From Heterodontus francisci (Eukaryota): a stretch of DNA of 64,000 nt. Under the pieces are notes generated by a model. That model made no database searches. It had not been told where the DNA came from and saw nothing but the letters and a program-made list of their open reading frames with translations. Location: contig NW_027140453.1 of assembly GCF_036365525.1 (NCBI RefSeq), positions 496,001 to 560,000 on the forward strand, given 5' to 3'. Of this stretch, positions 37,242 to 52,200 are shown one piece after another (the stretch's first letter is position 1; the number at the start of each line of letters is the position of its first letter). The position numbers were made by a program, and so were the translations under genes.

Positions 37242-40200
37242 TCACACTTCCACAGGCTCACTAGCCGAGCACTGAACGTCTTCTGGATCCAATTCGAGCT
37301 TCGTGTGTGGACACTGATCCTGGAACATGTGCTTCATCTGCATCGCAGAGAGGAGAAACGATGAGTATTAATGCAAGGGGAGGAGTGAATAGAAAGAGAC
37401 AGAGAGGATACAGACAGAGATCGGGAGAGAGGGTGGGGGCAAGACAGTGAGAGACAGGGTGAGGCAAAGATACTCAGATAGAGGGAGAGAAGGAGAGAGA
37501 GGGTGGGAGAGCTACAGGGATTGAGACAGAGGTAGAGAAGCAGAGTGCGTGAGAGCGAGAGGTCGTCAGAGATGCAGTGAGGGAGAGGCAGACACAGACA
37601 GAAAGAAAGACAAAGAAAGAGAAATACAGAGTGGGTGAGCGAGGCAGAGAAAGAGACAGAGATAGAAAGGACATAAAGAGAGAATGGGGAGAGTGAGAGG
37701 GAAGACCAGAGAGAGGTTACCGTACAACGAGGAGGCCATTCATCCCCTCGAGTCTGTTACACAGGAACAGGAGGAGGCCATTCAGCCCCTCGTTCGAGTT
37801 AATGCACAGGAACAGGAGAAGGCCATTCAACCCCCTCACCCCCTCTCCAGCCTTTCACACAGGCTCAGGAGGAAGCCCATTCAACCCCTCACAAGCCTGA
37901 TCTGGGGGACCAGAAGATAAGCAGAGGGGGAATTCGAGCTGTTTAAATAATGACCTGGAGTTCCCATTCAGTGAATACAGACAGTGAGAGGGAGGATCTG
38001 TTGCCTCCCGTGTTTCTCCTCTATACAGTGCAGTCTCTCACCCTCTCCACAACGATTCTCTTTGCAGTTTCATCATCCAGATCAGTCATTGAAGTGATCT
38101 TCACATTAATCCTCTTGTATTTGGTATCTAAACACAACAGTCACAACATCAACAGGTTGAACACACCCAGAGTTTAGCACAGGGCACGGGACGTATTTCG
38201 AATGATCTCTCCTCTCTAATTTAAACTCTCTTTCCTCCAGTTTGTCATCCACTCGTTTGTTCATCTGTCTCTGTTATTCTCTCTATCTCAACTCGTCTTG
38301 TCTCTAATCTGCCCTCCCTGTGTTATCATCCTCTATCCTGCACTCTCTTCTCTGTTGCCTCTTGTTCCATCTCCCAAGATCATTTGCATTCCGTGTTTAC
38401 TCCGGTCTCACTGCCCTTTTCTCTGTCTCTGTCTCTCACTCTCACTCTCTCTCTCTCTCTCTGATGCTCTCTGTCCCTCTGACAAAGACAAAGACAGAGA
38501 GACAGACAAAGAGCATCTGTGAGAGAGACAGAGAGAGAAAGTGAGAGTCAGAGAGACAGACAGGGAGACAGAACATCAGAGAGAGTGGGAGACAGAGTGA
38601 GGCGAAAGAGGGAGCTGGAGAAACTGAGACCCGCATCGGAGAGAGGCGGTTACAGAAATGAAATATATTTATATATGCGTGTGAAAGGCAGATAAAGGAG
38701 AAACAGAGAGACAGAGATAAAACTGAGAGTAAGAGAGAGAGGGATGTGAGATAGAAGCTCAAAGATATTTCTGAAGGAATTTCTGAACGTTTACGTTTCT
38801 GTGTTTCCCAATGATTCCACTCAGACTGAACACAAGTGACTGCAACTCTTGTCCAACAGCACAGACAAGGCAGAGAGAGAGAGAGTGAGAACGATGGGTT
38901 TCCCTACACAGAACGATCACACAGCTGTTTGGAGGCCCTCAGTCCTGATATATTTGTGCCAGACTGAGACAGGAGGAGGGATTTAATATTCCTGAAATGT
39001 GGAGAATCTGAAATGTTCCCACCATCATCAGAAACAGGCTGGGAGTCGGGAGGTTCCTCGGGAGTAGACGGAATCCCCGAGTCTGAGAGGATCAAATAAA
39101 GACAAGAGGAATTTCACTGGGATTCAGAACGCTGGATGAGTGGACAGAAGTGTTTTAACACAGAACCTCCTCTCGTATGTAATCTCACTCCCTCTACACA
39201 CTGAATCAATGTATACCAGCCTTTACCGAGGGGAGACACCAGACATCATCGGCTGCAGAATCAGTTACTACTCCGACAAGGAAAAAAAACTAACAGAGAA
39301 AATTCAGGAGATTATCAAAGTGATCAGCGAAACGACAGGGGGAAAGTGGAGTCAGAGAACAACAGAGAGCAGGAATGAGAGAAAAGGAGGGAAGGCGACA
39401 GGAGTGAGACAGAAAAGAGTAAGGGAGATCTGGAATGAGTGAGAACAAGAGAGAGAAAAGAAAACAGCACTGTAATGTTCCCCTTAATCAATACTGATAC
39501 CCCTCCTCCTTTCCTTCCTCCCCTCTCTTTCCTGAACACCTTGTAGTCAGGAATATTCACTACCCAGTCCTGCCCCACTTAGAGCCAGGACTCTGTTATT
39601 GCCACAACATCATATTTCCACGTGGCTATCTGTGCCTGAAGCTCAACAACCTTATTTACCACTGTCCATGCATTCATATACACACACATTAAACTGAATT
39701 TACAGCTTATCACCTTTCCTCTTACACTGTCCCCGTCTAATACGATACTCTTATCGACTCCAGTGTTATCTGTCCCTCCTGCTCCTCTGTGCATCTGTGC
39801 TTTGCTCTCTAATAATGCTCAGACCACTGTTTTTCCTGATGTATATTAATGACATAGACTGGGGCGTACAGGGCACAATTTCAAATTCTGCAGATGACAC
39901 AAAACCTGGTTGTATTGTGAACTGTGAGGAGGACAGTGATAGACGTCAGGAGGTCATAGACAGGCTGGTGGGATGGGCAGACACTGGCAAATGAAATTTA
40001 TCACAGAGAATTGTGAAGTGATTCATTTTGGTCGGACGAACGAGAGGCAATATAAAATAAAGGCTACAATTCTAAAGGAGGTGCAGGGGCAGAGGGACCT
40101 GGGGGGACATGTGCACAAATCATTGAAGGTGGCAAGACAAGTCGAGAGAGCGGTTAATACTTAGGAAGGATGTTAAGGTATTCGAGAGGGTGCAGAGAAG

Positions 40201-43200
40201 ATTTACCAGAATGGTTCCCGGGATGAGGGACGTCAGTGACATGAATAGATCGGAGAAGCTGGGGCTGTTCTCCGTGGAGAAGAGAAGATTAAGAGGAGAT
40301 TTGATCAAGATGTTCATAATCAAGAGGGAACTGGACAGAGTAGTCAGGGAAAAACTGTTCCTCTTGGTGGGAGGATCCAGAACTAGAGAGCAACGGTTTT
40401 AGGTGAGTGGTAAAAGTCACAACAGAGGCAGGGAAACCTTTTCACACAGTGAGTGGTTAGGATCTGAAATGCACTGCATGAGAGTGTGCTGGAGGCAGGT
40501 TTAATTGAGGCTTTCAAAAGGGAATTGGATAATTGTCATGGCAGAAAAAATCTGCAGGGCGACAGGAAAATGGCAGGAGTGGGAGTAGGTGAGTTGCACT
40601 GCCAGAGAGCTGGCACGGTGAAGATGGGCTGAACAGAAACTTTCTGTGCCGTAACCAGTCTTTGATTCCATGATTCTGCGATGATAACCCCACAAAGCAG
40701 ATACCTTAGCTTCCAGAGCCCGCTGGGGTAGTGGATGAAACCTCAGTAGATTCTCTAGTCAATTGTTCCTCGGATTCCTGAGTTTGAGCATCATGCTGCC
40801 CTCAGTCTCTATCACAGTCCCCTCAGTCACTGCATTACACTCACCTCAGTCACTTTATCACATTCCCCTCAGTCACTGTATCACACTCTCCTCAGTCGCT
40901 GTCTCGCACTCCCTTCAGCTCACTGTATCACAATCCCCTCAATCACTGCATTACACTCACCTCAGTCACTTTATCACATTCCCCTCAGTCACTGCAACAC
41001 ACGCCCCTCAGTCGCTGTATCACACTCCCCTCAGTCACTGCAACACACGCCCCTCAGGCACTGTATCACACTCCCCTCAGTCACTGCATTATATTCCCTT
41101 CAGTCACTGCACTCCACTCCCCTCAGACAGTGTATCACACTCTCCTCAGTCACTGTATCACACTCCCCCAGTCACAGTATCACACTCCCTTCAGTTCACT
41201 GTATCCCACTCCCCTCAGACAGAGTCTCACACTCCCCTCATTCAATGTATCACACTCCACTCAGTCACTGCATTATATTCGCTTCAGTCACTGCATCCCA
41301 CTCTACTCAGACAGAGTGTCACACTCCCCTCAGTCAATGTACCACACTCCCCCAGTCACTGTATCACACTCTATCAGTCACTGTATCGCACTCCCCGCTG
41401 TCGCAGTATCACACTCCCCCAGTCACTGTATCACACTCTAACAGTCACTGTATCCCACACATTCAGTCACTGTATCCCACTTCCCTCTGTCACTGTATCA
41501 CACTCTCTCAGTCAGTGTATCACACTCCCCTCAGTCACTGTATCACTCTCCCCAGTCACTGTATCACACTCCATCAGTCACTGTATCGCACTCCCCGCTG
41601 TCGCAGTATCACACACCCCTCAGTCACTGTATCCCACACATTCAGTCACTGTATCCCACTTCCCTCTGTCACTGTATCACACTCTCTCAGTCACTGTATC
41701 ACACTCTCTCAGTCACTGTATCCCACTTCCCTCTTTCACTGTATCACGCTCACCTCAGTCACTGTATCCCAATCCCCTCAGTCACTCTATCACACTCCCC
41801 TCAGCCACTGAATTCCACTCTCCTCAGTGACTGGATCATACTCCCCTCAGTCACTGCATCACACTATGCTCAGTCGCTGATCCCACTCCCCTCAGTGACT
41901 GTATCCTACTCCCCTCAGTCACTGCATCCCACACCCCTCAGTCACTGTATCACACTCCCTTCAGTCACTGTATCCCACTCCCCTCAGTCGCTGCATTCCC
42001 CTCTCCTCAGTGACTGTATCATACTCCCCTCAGTCACTGCATCACACTACCCTCTGTGACTGTATCACATCCCCCTCAGACACTGCATCACACTACCCTC
42101 AGTCACTGTATCACACTCCCCTCAGACACTGTATCACACTCCCCTCAGTCACTGTATCACACTCCTCCAGTCTCTGAATCACACTCCCTTCAGTCACTGT
42201 ATCCCAATCCCCTCAGTCAGTGTATAACACTCCCCTCCGTAACTTTATCGCACTCCCCTCAATCACTGTATCACACTCCCGGAGTCACTGTATCACACTC
42301 CCCTCAGTCACTGCATCACACTACCCTCAGTCGCTGCCTCCCACGCCCCTCAGTGACTGTATCCTACTACCCTCAGTCACTGCATCCCACACCCCTCAGT
42401 CTCTGAATCACACTCCCTTCGGTCACTGTATCCCAATCCCCTCAGACAGTGTATAACACTACCCTCCGTAACTTTATCGCACTCCACTCAATCACTGTAT
42501 CACACTCCCTGAGTCACTGTATCACACTCCCCTCTGTCATTGTATCACTCTTCCTCTGTCACTGTATCACATCCCCCTCAGACACTGTATCACACTCCCC
42601 TCAGTCACTGTATCACACTCCCCCAGTCACTGTATCACACTCCCTTCAGTTCACTGTATCCTACACCACTCAGACACTGCATCACACTCCCCTCAGTCAC
42701 TGTATCCCACTCCCCTCAGTCACTCTATCACACTCCCCTCAATCGCTGCATTCCACTCTCCTCAGTGACTGTATCATACTCCCCTCAGTCACTGTAACAC
42801 ACTACCCTCAGTGGCTGCATCCCACTCCGCTCAGTGACTGTTTCCTACTCCCCTCAGTCACTGCATCCCACACCCCTCAGTCACTGTATCACACTCCCTT
42901 CAGTCACTGTACCCCACTCCCCTCAGTCGCTGCATTCCCCTCTCCTCAGTGACTGTATCACACTCCCCTCAGTCACTGTATCACACTACCCTCAGTCGCT
43001 GCATCCCACTCCCCTCAGTGTCTGTATCACACTCCCCTCAGTCACTGCATCCCACACCCCTCAGTCACTGTATCACACTCCCTTCAGTCACTGTATCCCA
43101 ATCCCCTCAGTTAGTGTATAACACTCCACTCCGTAACTTTATCTCACTCCCCTCAATCACTGTATCACACTCCCGGAGTCACTGTATCACACTCCCCTCA

Positions 43201-46200
43201 GTCACTGTATAATGCTCCCCTCAGTCACTGCATCACACTCCCCTCACCCACTGTATCACACTCCCCTCTGTCACTGTATCACTCTTCCTCTGTCATTGTA
43301 TCACTCTACCCTCTGTCACTGTTTCACATCCCCCTCAGACACTGTATCACACTACCCTCAGTCGCTGCATCGCACTCCCCTCAGTGACTGTATCATACTA
43401 CCCTCAGTCACTGTATCACACTCCCCTCAGTCACTGTGTCACACTCCTCCAGTCACTGTATCACACTCCCCTCAGTCACTGTATCACACCCCTCCAGTCA
43501 CTGGATCACACTCCCTTCAGTTCACTGTCTCCCAATCCCCTCAGTCAGTGTATAACACTCCCCTCCGTAACTTTATCGCACTCCCCTCAATCACTGTATC
43601 ACACTCCCGGAGTCACTGTATCACACTCCCCTCAGTCACTGTATCACACTCCCCTCAGTCACTGTATCACACTCCTCCAGTCACTGGATCACACTCCCTT
43701 CAGTTCACTGTATCCTACACCCCTCAGACAGTGCATCACACTCCCCTCAGTCACTGCATCCCACTCTCCTCAGACAGTGTATCACACTCCCGGAGTCACT
43801 GTATCACTCTACCCCAGTCACCGTATCACACTCTCTCAGTCACTGTATCACACTCCCCGCTGTCACAGTATCACAATCCCCTCAGTCACTGTATCCCACA
43901 CATTCAGTCACTGTATCCCACTTCCCTCTGTCACTGTGTCACACTCTCTCAGTCACTGTATCACACTCTCTCAGTCACTGTATCACACTTCCTCTGTCAT
44001 TGTATCACACTACCCTCAGTCACTATGTCCCACTGCCCTCAGTCACTATATCCCACTCCCCTCGGTCAGTGCAACCTTCTCCCCTCAGTCACCGCATCAC
44101 TCTACCCTCAGTAACTATGTCCCACTCCCCTCAGTCCCATTGGTGGGAGGATCCAGAACTAGAGGGCACCGGTTTTAGGTGAGTGATGTAAGTCACAACA
44201 GAGACAGGAAAATCTTTTCACACAGCGAGTGGTTAGGATCTGAAATGCACTGCCTGAGAGTGTGCTGGAGGCAGGTTCAATTGAGGCCTTCAAAAGGGAA
44301 TTGGATAATTATCATCGGAGAAACAATCTGCAGGGAGATGGGGAAATGGCAGGAGTGGGAGTAGGTGAGTTGCTCAGGCAGAGAGCTGGCACAGTGACGA
44401 TGGGCAGAACGGCCTCTTTCTGTACTGTAACCAGTCTCTGATTCCATGATTCTGCGATAATCACACCACAAGGCAGGTACCTGAGCTTCCAGAGCCCGCT
44501 GGGGTGGAGGATGAAACCTCAGTAGATTCTCTAGTTGATTGTTCCTCGGATTCCTGCGTTTGGGAAGTCACGGGTTCTGTATTAAAGGGAGGGAGACATT
44601 GCAAAGTGAGACATGGAGAAAAACACATCAGGTCAACAGGATGGTGCTCGTGTCAGGAGAATGACAGATAATAATCTTTATAAAACCATTATCTTCCATC
44701 CTGTTCACGACATTACTGCGTCACACACCCCTCAGTCACTGTATCACACTCCCAGCAGTCACTGCATCACACTCCCAGCAGTCACTGCATCACACTCACC
44801 TCAGTCACTGCATCACAATATCTCAGTCACTGTATCAACTCCTCTCAGTCACTGTATCCCACTGCCCTCAGTCACTGTATCACACTCACCTCAGTCACTG
44901 TATCCCACTCACCTCAGTCACTGCATCCCACACTCCGCAGTTACCACATCCCACTCTGCACAGTGAATACATACCACTGCCCTCAGTCACTATAACCCAC
45001 TGCCCTCAGTCACTACGACCCACTCTGCTCAGTGACTATCTCCCACTGCCCTCAATCACTGCATCCATATCCCATCAGTCACTATATCCCACTCACCTCA
45101 GTGACTATGTCCCACTGCCCTCAGTCACTATGTCCCACTGCCCACAATGACTATATCCCACTCCCCTGAATGACTATATCCCACTCCCCTCAGTCACTAT
45201 GTTCCGCACCCCTCGATGACTATATCCCACTGCCCTCAATCACTATGTCCTACTGCCCTCAGTAACTATATCCCACTCCCCTCAGTCACTATATCCCTCT
45301 CCCCTCACTCACTATATCCCACTCCCCTCATTCACTATGTCTCACTCCCCTCTGTCACGACATCCCACTGCCCTCAATCACTATGTCCAGCTGCCCTCAG
45401 TAACTACATCCCACTCCCCTCAGTCACTATGTCCCACTCCCCTCAGTCACTACATCCCTCTCCCCTCACTCACTATAACCCACTACCCTAAGTCACTCTG
45501 TCCCACTCCCCTCAGTCACTATATCCCTCTCCCCTCACTCACTATATCCCACTGCCCTCAGTCACTATGCCCCACTGCCCTCAGTCACTATATCCCACTC
45601 ACCTCGGTCAGTGCAACCTTCTCCCCTCAGTCACTACATCCATCTCCCCCACTAACTATGCCCCACTCCCCTAAGTCCCATTGGTGGGAGGATCCAGAAC
45701 TGGAGGGCACCGGTTTTAGGTGAGTGGTAAAAGTCACAACAGAGACAGGAAAACCTTTTCACACAGCGTGTGGTTAGGATCTGAAATGCACTGCCTGAGA
45801 GTGTGCTGGAGGCAGGTTCAATTGAGGCTTTCAAAAGGGAATTGGAAAATTGTCATTGGAGAAATAATCTGCAGTGCGACGGGGAAATTGCAGGAGTGGG
45901 AGTAGATGAGTTGCACAGGCATAGAGCTGTCAAGGTGACGATGGGCTCAATGGCCTCTTCCTGTGCTGTAACCAGTCTCTGATACCATGATTCTGCGATG
46001 ATGACCCCACATGACAGGTACCTGAGCTTCCAGAGCCCGCTGGGGTGGAGGATGAAACCTCAGTAGATTCTCTAGTTGATTGTTCCTCGGATTCCTGAGT
46101 TTGGGAAGTCACGGGTTCTGTATTGAAGGGAGGGAGATATTGCAAAGTGAGACATGGAGAAAAACACATCAGGTCAACAGGATGGTGCTCGTGTCAGGAG

Positions 46201-49200
46201 AATGACAGATAACAATCTTTATAAAACCATTATCTTCCATCCTGTTCACTACATTACTGCGTCACACTCCCCTCAGTCACTGTATCACACTCCCAGCAGT
46301 CACTGCATCACACTCCCAGCGGTCACTGCATCACACTCACCTCAGTCACAATATCATACTCCCCTCACTCACTGTATCCCACTCACCTCAGTCACTGTAT
46401 CACACTCACCTCAGTCACTGCATCACACTCCCCTCAGTCACTGCATCACACTCTCTCAGTCACTGTATCACACTTCCCTCAGTCACTATATCACATTCCT
46501 CTCAGTCAATGTATTCCACTCCCCACAGTCACTCGATCACACTACCCTCATTCGCTGCATTCCACTCCCCTCAGTGACTGTATCATACTCCCCTCAGTCA
46601 CGGTGTCACAGTACACTCAGTCGCTGCATCCCACTCCCCTCAGTGACCGTATCCTACTCCCCTCAGACACTGTATCACAGTCCTTGAGTCACTCCATCAC
46701 ACTCCCCTCAGTCACTGTTTCATACTCCCCTCAGACTCTGTATCACACTCCCCTCAGTCATGTATCACATTCCCCTCAGTCACTGTATCGCACTCCCCTC
46801 AGACACTGTATCGCACTCCCCTCAGACACTGTATCACACTCCCCTCAGTCACTGTGTCACACTCGCTCAGTCACAGTATCACACTTCCCTCTGTACTGCA
46901 TCACACTCCCCTCAGTCACTGTATCACACTCCCCTCACTCACTGTGTCAGACTCCACTCTGTCACTGTATCACACTTCCTCTGTCATTGTATCACACTCC
47001 CCTCAGTCACTGTATAACATTCCCTTCAGTCACTGTATCACACTCCCCTCACTCACTGTATCACACTCCCCTCTGTCACTGTATCACACTCCCTCTGTCA
47101 CTGCATCACACTACCCTCAGTCACTGTATCAAGTTCCCCTCAGACACTGTATCACACTACCCTCAGTGACTGTTTCATACTCCCCTCAGACACTGTATCA
47201 CACTCCCCTCAGTGACTGTATCACACTCCCCTCAGTTGCTGTATCCCACTCCCCTCAGACACTGTATCATACTACCCTCAGTCTCTGTATCCCACTCCCC
47301 TCAGTCACTGTATCCCACTCACCTCAGTCACTACATCCCACTCTCCGCAGTTACCACATCCCACTCCGCAAAGTCAATACATCCCACTGCCCTAAGTCAC
47401 TATATCCCACGGCCCTCAGTCACTACATCCCACTCCGCTCAGTTACTACATCCCACTGCCCTCAATCACTGCATCCCTCTCCCATCAGTCACTATATCCC
47501 ACTCACCTCAGTGACTATGTCCCACTCCCCTCAATCACTATGTCCCACAGCCCTCAGTCACTATATCCCACTGCCTTCAGTCACTATGTCCCACTGCCCT
47601 CAATGACTATATCCCACTCCCCTCAGTCACTATGTCCCACTGCCCTCAGTCACTATGTCCCACTGCCCCCAATGACTATGTCCCACTGCCCCCAATGACT
47701 ATATCCCACTCCCCACAATGACTATATCCCTCTGCCCTCAGACAATATGTCCCACTGCCCTCAGTCACTATGTCCCACTGCCCCCAATGACTATATCCCA
47801 CTCCCCACAATGACTATATCCCTCTGCCCTCAGACAATATGTCCCACTGACCTCAGTCGCTATGTCCCACTGCCCTCAGTCACTATATCCCACTCCCCAC
47901 AATGACTATATCCCTCTGCCCTCAGACAATATGTCCCACTGTCCTCATTCATTATGTTCCACTGCCCTCCGTCACTATGTTCCGCACACCTCGATGACGA
48001 TTTCCCACTGCCCTCAATCACTATGTCCTACTGCCCTCAGTAACTATATCCCACTCCCCTCAGTCACTATATCCCTCTCCCCTCACTCACTATATCCCTC
48101 TCCCCTCACTCACTATATCCCACTCCCCTCATTCACTATGTCTCTCTCCCCTCACTCACTATATCCCTCTCCCCTCACTCACTATATCCCTCTCCCCTCA
48201 CTCACTATATCCCACTCCCCTCATTCACTATGTCTCACTCCCCTCAGTCACGACATCCCACTCCCCTCAGTCACTATGTCCCACTCCCCTCAGTCACTAC
48301 ATCCTTCTCCCCTCACTCACTATATCCCACTACCCTAAGTCACTATGTCCCACTCCCCTCAGTCACTACATCCCTCTCCCCTCACTCACTATATCCCACT
48401 GCCCTCAGTCACAATGTCCCACTGCCCTCAGTCACTATATCCCACTCACCTCGGTCAGTGCAATCTTCTCCCCTCAGTCACTACATCCCTCTCCCCCAGT
48501 AACTATGCCCCACACCCCTAAGTCCCATTGGTGGGAGGATCCAGAACCAGAGGGCACCGGTTTTAGGTGAGTGGTAAAAATTACAACAGAGACAGTAAAA
48601 CCTTTTCACACAGCGTGTGGTTAGGATCTGAAATGCACTGCCTGACAGTGTGCTGGAGGTAGGTTCAATTGAGGCTTTCAAAAGGAAATTGGAAAATTGT
48701 CATTGGCGAAACAATCTGCAGTGCGACGGGGAAATAGCAGGAGTGGGAGTAGGTGAGTTGCACAGGCATCGAGCTGTCACAGTGACGATGGGCTCAACAG
48801 GCTCTTTCTGTGCTGTAACCAGTCTCTGATTCCATGATTCTGCAATGATGACCCCACAAGGCAGGTACCTGAGCTTCCAGAGCCCGCTGGGGTGGAGGAT
48901 GAAACCTCAGTCGATTCTCTAGTCGATTGTTCCTCGGATTCCTGAGTTTGGGAAGTCACGGGTTCTGTAATAAAGGGAGGGAGACATTGCCAAGTGAGAC
49001 ATGGAGAAAAACACAACAGGTCAACAGGATGGTGCTCGTGTCAGGAGAATGACAGATAACAATCTATATAAAACCATTATCTTCCATCCTGTTCAATATA
49101 TTGCTGCGTCACACTCCCCTCAGTCACTGTATCACACTCACCTCAGTACCTATGTCACACTCCCCTCAGTCACTGTATCACACTCCCCTCAGTCACTGTA

Positions 49201-52200
49201 TCACACTCACCTCAGTACCTTTATCACACTCCCCTCACTCACTGTATCACACTCACCTCAGTCACTGTATCACGCACACGCCAGTCGCTGTATCTCACTC
49301 CCCTCAGTCGCTGTCTCAGACTCTCCTCAGTCGCTGTATTACACTCCCCTCAGTCACTGCATCACACGCCCCTCAGTCACTGCATCACACTCTCAGTCAC
49401 TGTATCACACTCCTCTCAGTCACTGTATCCCACTCCCCACAGTCACACTATCACACAACCCTCAGTCGCTGCATCCCACTCCCCTCAGTGACTGTATCAT
49501 ACTCCCCTCAGTCACTTTATCACAGTACCCTCAATCACTATGTCCCACTGCCCACAGTCACTATATCCAACTCCCCTCAGTCACGATGTCCCATTCCCCT
49601 CAGTCACTGCATCCCTCTCCCCTCACTCACTATATCCCACTGCCCACAGTCACTATATCCCTCTCCCCTCAGTCATTACATCCCTCACCCCTCAGACACT
49701 ACATCCCACTCCCCTCGGTCACTATATCCCACTGTCCTCTGTCATTTGCCCACACTCCATCAGTAAGAGACTGGATGGGTCACTGAGACTGAGCACTTCA
49801 GGTGTCACGCTATGTGTGTCTATAATATGATTCCAGTTTATTTGGGTCAGATCTGTTCTCACTCTATTGAGATTGGTTCTCCCTCAATGAATTATCTTTC
49901 CTCCGGATTTCTCATTGTCCTTTTCCATTGCCAACCTAAACTACATGATATGATGGTCACTGTCCCTTAAATGTTCCCCGACTGACCCATAATTCACTTG
50001 TCCAACCACATTTCCCAGAACCAGGTCCAGCAATGCCTCCTTCCTCATTGGACTGGAAACAAACTGACGGAGGGAATCCTTCTGGACACACTCTAGAAAT
50101 TCTTGTCCCTCTCTGCCCTTTACACTATTACTATCCCAGTCTATATTCAGATAACTAAAGCCCAACGATATATCTACACTTTAACTCTTGCACTTCTTGG
50201 TTGCTCTATGCAAATCTGTTCCTCTATATCTTTCCCACTACTTGTTGGCCTATAAAATACACCCAGAAAGGTAATGGTATTTCTTTCGTTGTTTCATTCT
50301 AATCTGATGGATTCTATCCTTGGTTCCTCTCCGACATCATCTCTTTCCAGCACTGTAATGTTCCTCTTTATCAATACTGATACCCCTCCTCCTTTCCTTC
50401 CATCCCTCCCTTTCCTGAGCACCTTGTAGTCAGGAATATTCACTACCAGGTCCTGCCCCTCTTAGAGCCAGGACTCTGTTATTGCCAGAACATCATATTT
50501 CCACACGGCTATCTGCGCCTGCAGCTCAACAACCTTTTTTACCACTCTCATTGCATTCTCATATACACACACATTGAACTGAATTTACAGCTCATCACCT
50601 TCCCTCTTACACTGTCCCTGTCTAATACGTTACTCTTTTCTACTCCAGTGTTATCTGTCCCTCCTAATTCTCTGTACATCTGTGTTTTGCTCTGTAATAT
50701 TGCTCGGACCCCTGTTTTCCCTGATGTATATTAATGACATAGACTGGGGTGTACATGCCACAATTTCAAAATTTGCAGATGACACAAAACCTGGAAGTAT
50801 TGTAAACTGTGAGGAGGATAGTGATAGACGTCAGGGGGTTATCGACAGGCTGGTGGGATTGGCAGACAGTGGCAGATGAAACTTAATGCAGAGAATTGTG
50901 AAGTGATTCATTTTGGTCGGACGAACGAGGCGAGGCAATATAAAATAAAGGATACAATTGCAAAGGGGGTGCAGGGGCAGAGGGACCTGGGCGGACGTGT
51001 GCACAAATCATTGAAGGTGGCAAGACAGGTCGAGAGAGCGGTTAATACTTAGGAAGGCTGTGAAGGTATTCGAGAGGGTGCGGAAATGATTTACGAGAAT
51101 GGTTCCTGGGATGAGGGACGTCAGTTACATGGATACATTGGAGAAACTGGGGCTCTTGTCCCTGGAGAAGAGAAGATTAAGAGGTGTTTTGACCGAGATG
51201 TTCAAAATCACGAGGGATGTGGACAGAGTAGACAGGGAGAAATTGTTCCGATTGGTGGGAGGATCCAGAACCAGAGGGCACCGGCTTTAAGTGAGTGGTA
51301 AAAGTAGCAACAGAGACAGGGAAATCTTTTCACACAGCGAGTGGTTAGGGTCTGGAATGCACTGCCTGAGAGTGTGCTGGAGGCAGGTTCAATTGAGGCT
51401 TTCAAAAGGGAATTGGATAATTATCATAGGAGAAACAATCTGCAGGGAGATGGGGAAATGAGTGGGAGTGGGAGTGGGAGCGGGAGTGGGAGCAGTTGAG
51501 TTGCTCAGGCAGAGAGCTGGCACGGTGACTATTGTCTGAACGGCATCTTTCTGTGCTGTAACCGGTTTATGATTCCATGATTCTGCGATGATAACCCCAC
51601 AAGGCAGATACCTGAGCTTCCAGAGCCCGCTGGGATACAGGAGGGCCCCTCAGTGGATTCTGCAGTCGATTGTTCCTCGGATTCTTGAGTTTCGTAAGTC
51701 ACGGGTTCTGTAATAAAGGGAGGGAGACATTGCAGAGTGAGACACGGAGAAACACACAACAGGTCAAAAGGATGGTACTAGTGTCAGGAGAATGTCAGAT
51801 ATCAATCTTTATAAAACCATAATCTTCCATCTGTTCACTACATTATTGTGTCAAACTCCCCTCAGTCACGGCGTCACACTCCCCTCTGTCTCTATCACAC
51901 TCCCCTCAGTCACTGCATCACACTCATCTCAGTCACTGTATCACAGTCATCTCAGTCGCCCGATCCCACTCCCCTCAGTCACTGTATCGCACTCCCCTCA
52001 GTCAATGTATCACACTCCTCTCAGTCACTGTTCCACACTCCCCTCAGTCACTGAATCACACGCCCCTCAGTCGCTGTATTACACTCTCCTCAGTCGCTGC
52101 ATCACACTCCCCTCAGTCACTGTGTCCCATTCCCTCAGTCACTGTATCACACTCCCTTCAGTCACTGTATTCCACTCCCCTCAGTCCCTGTATCACACTC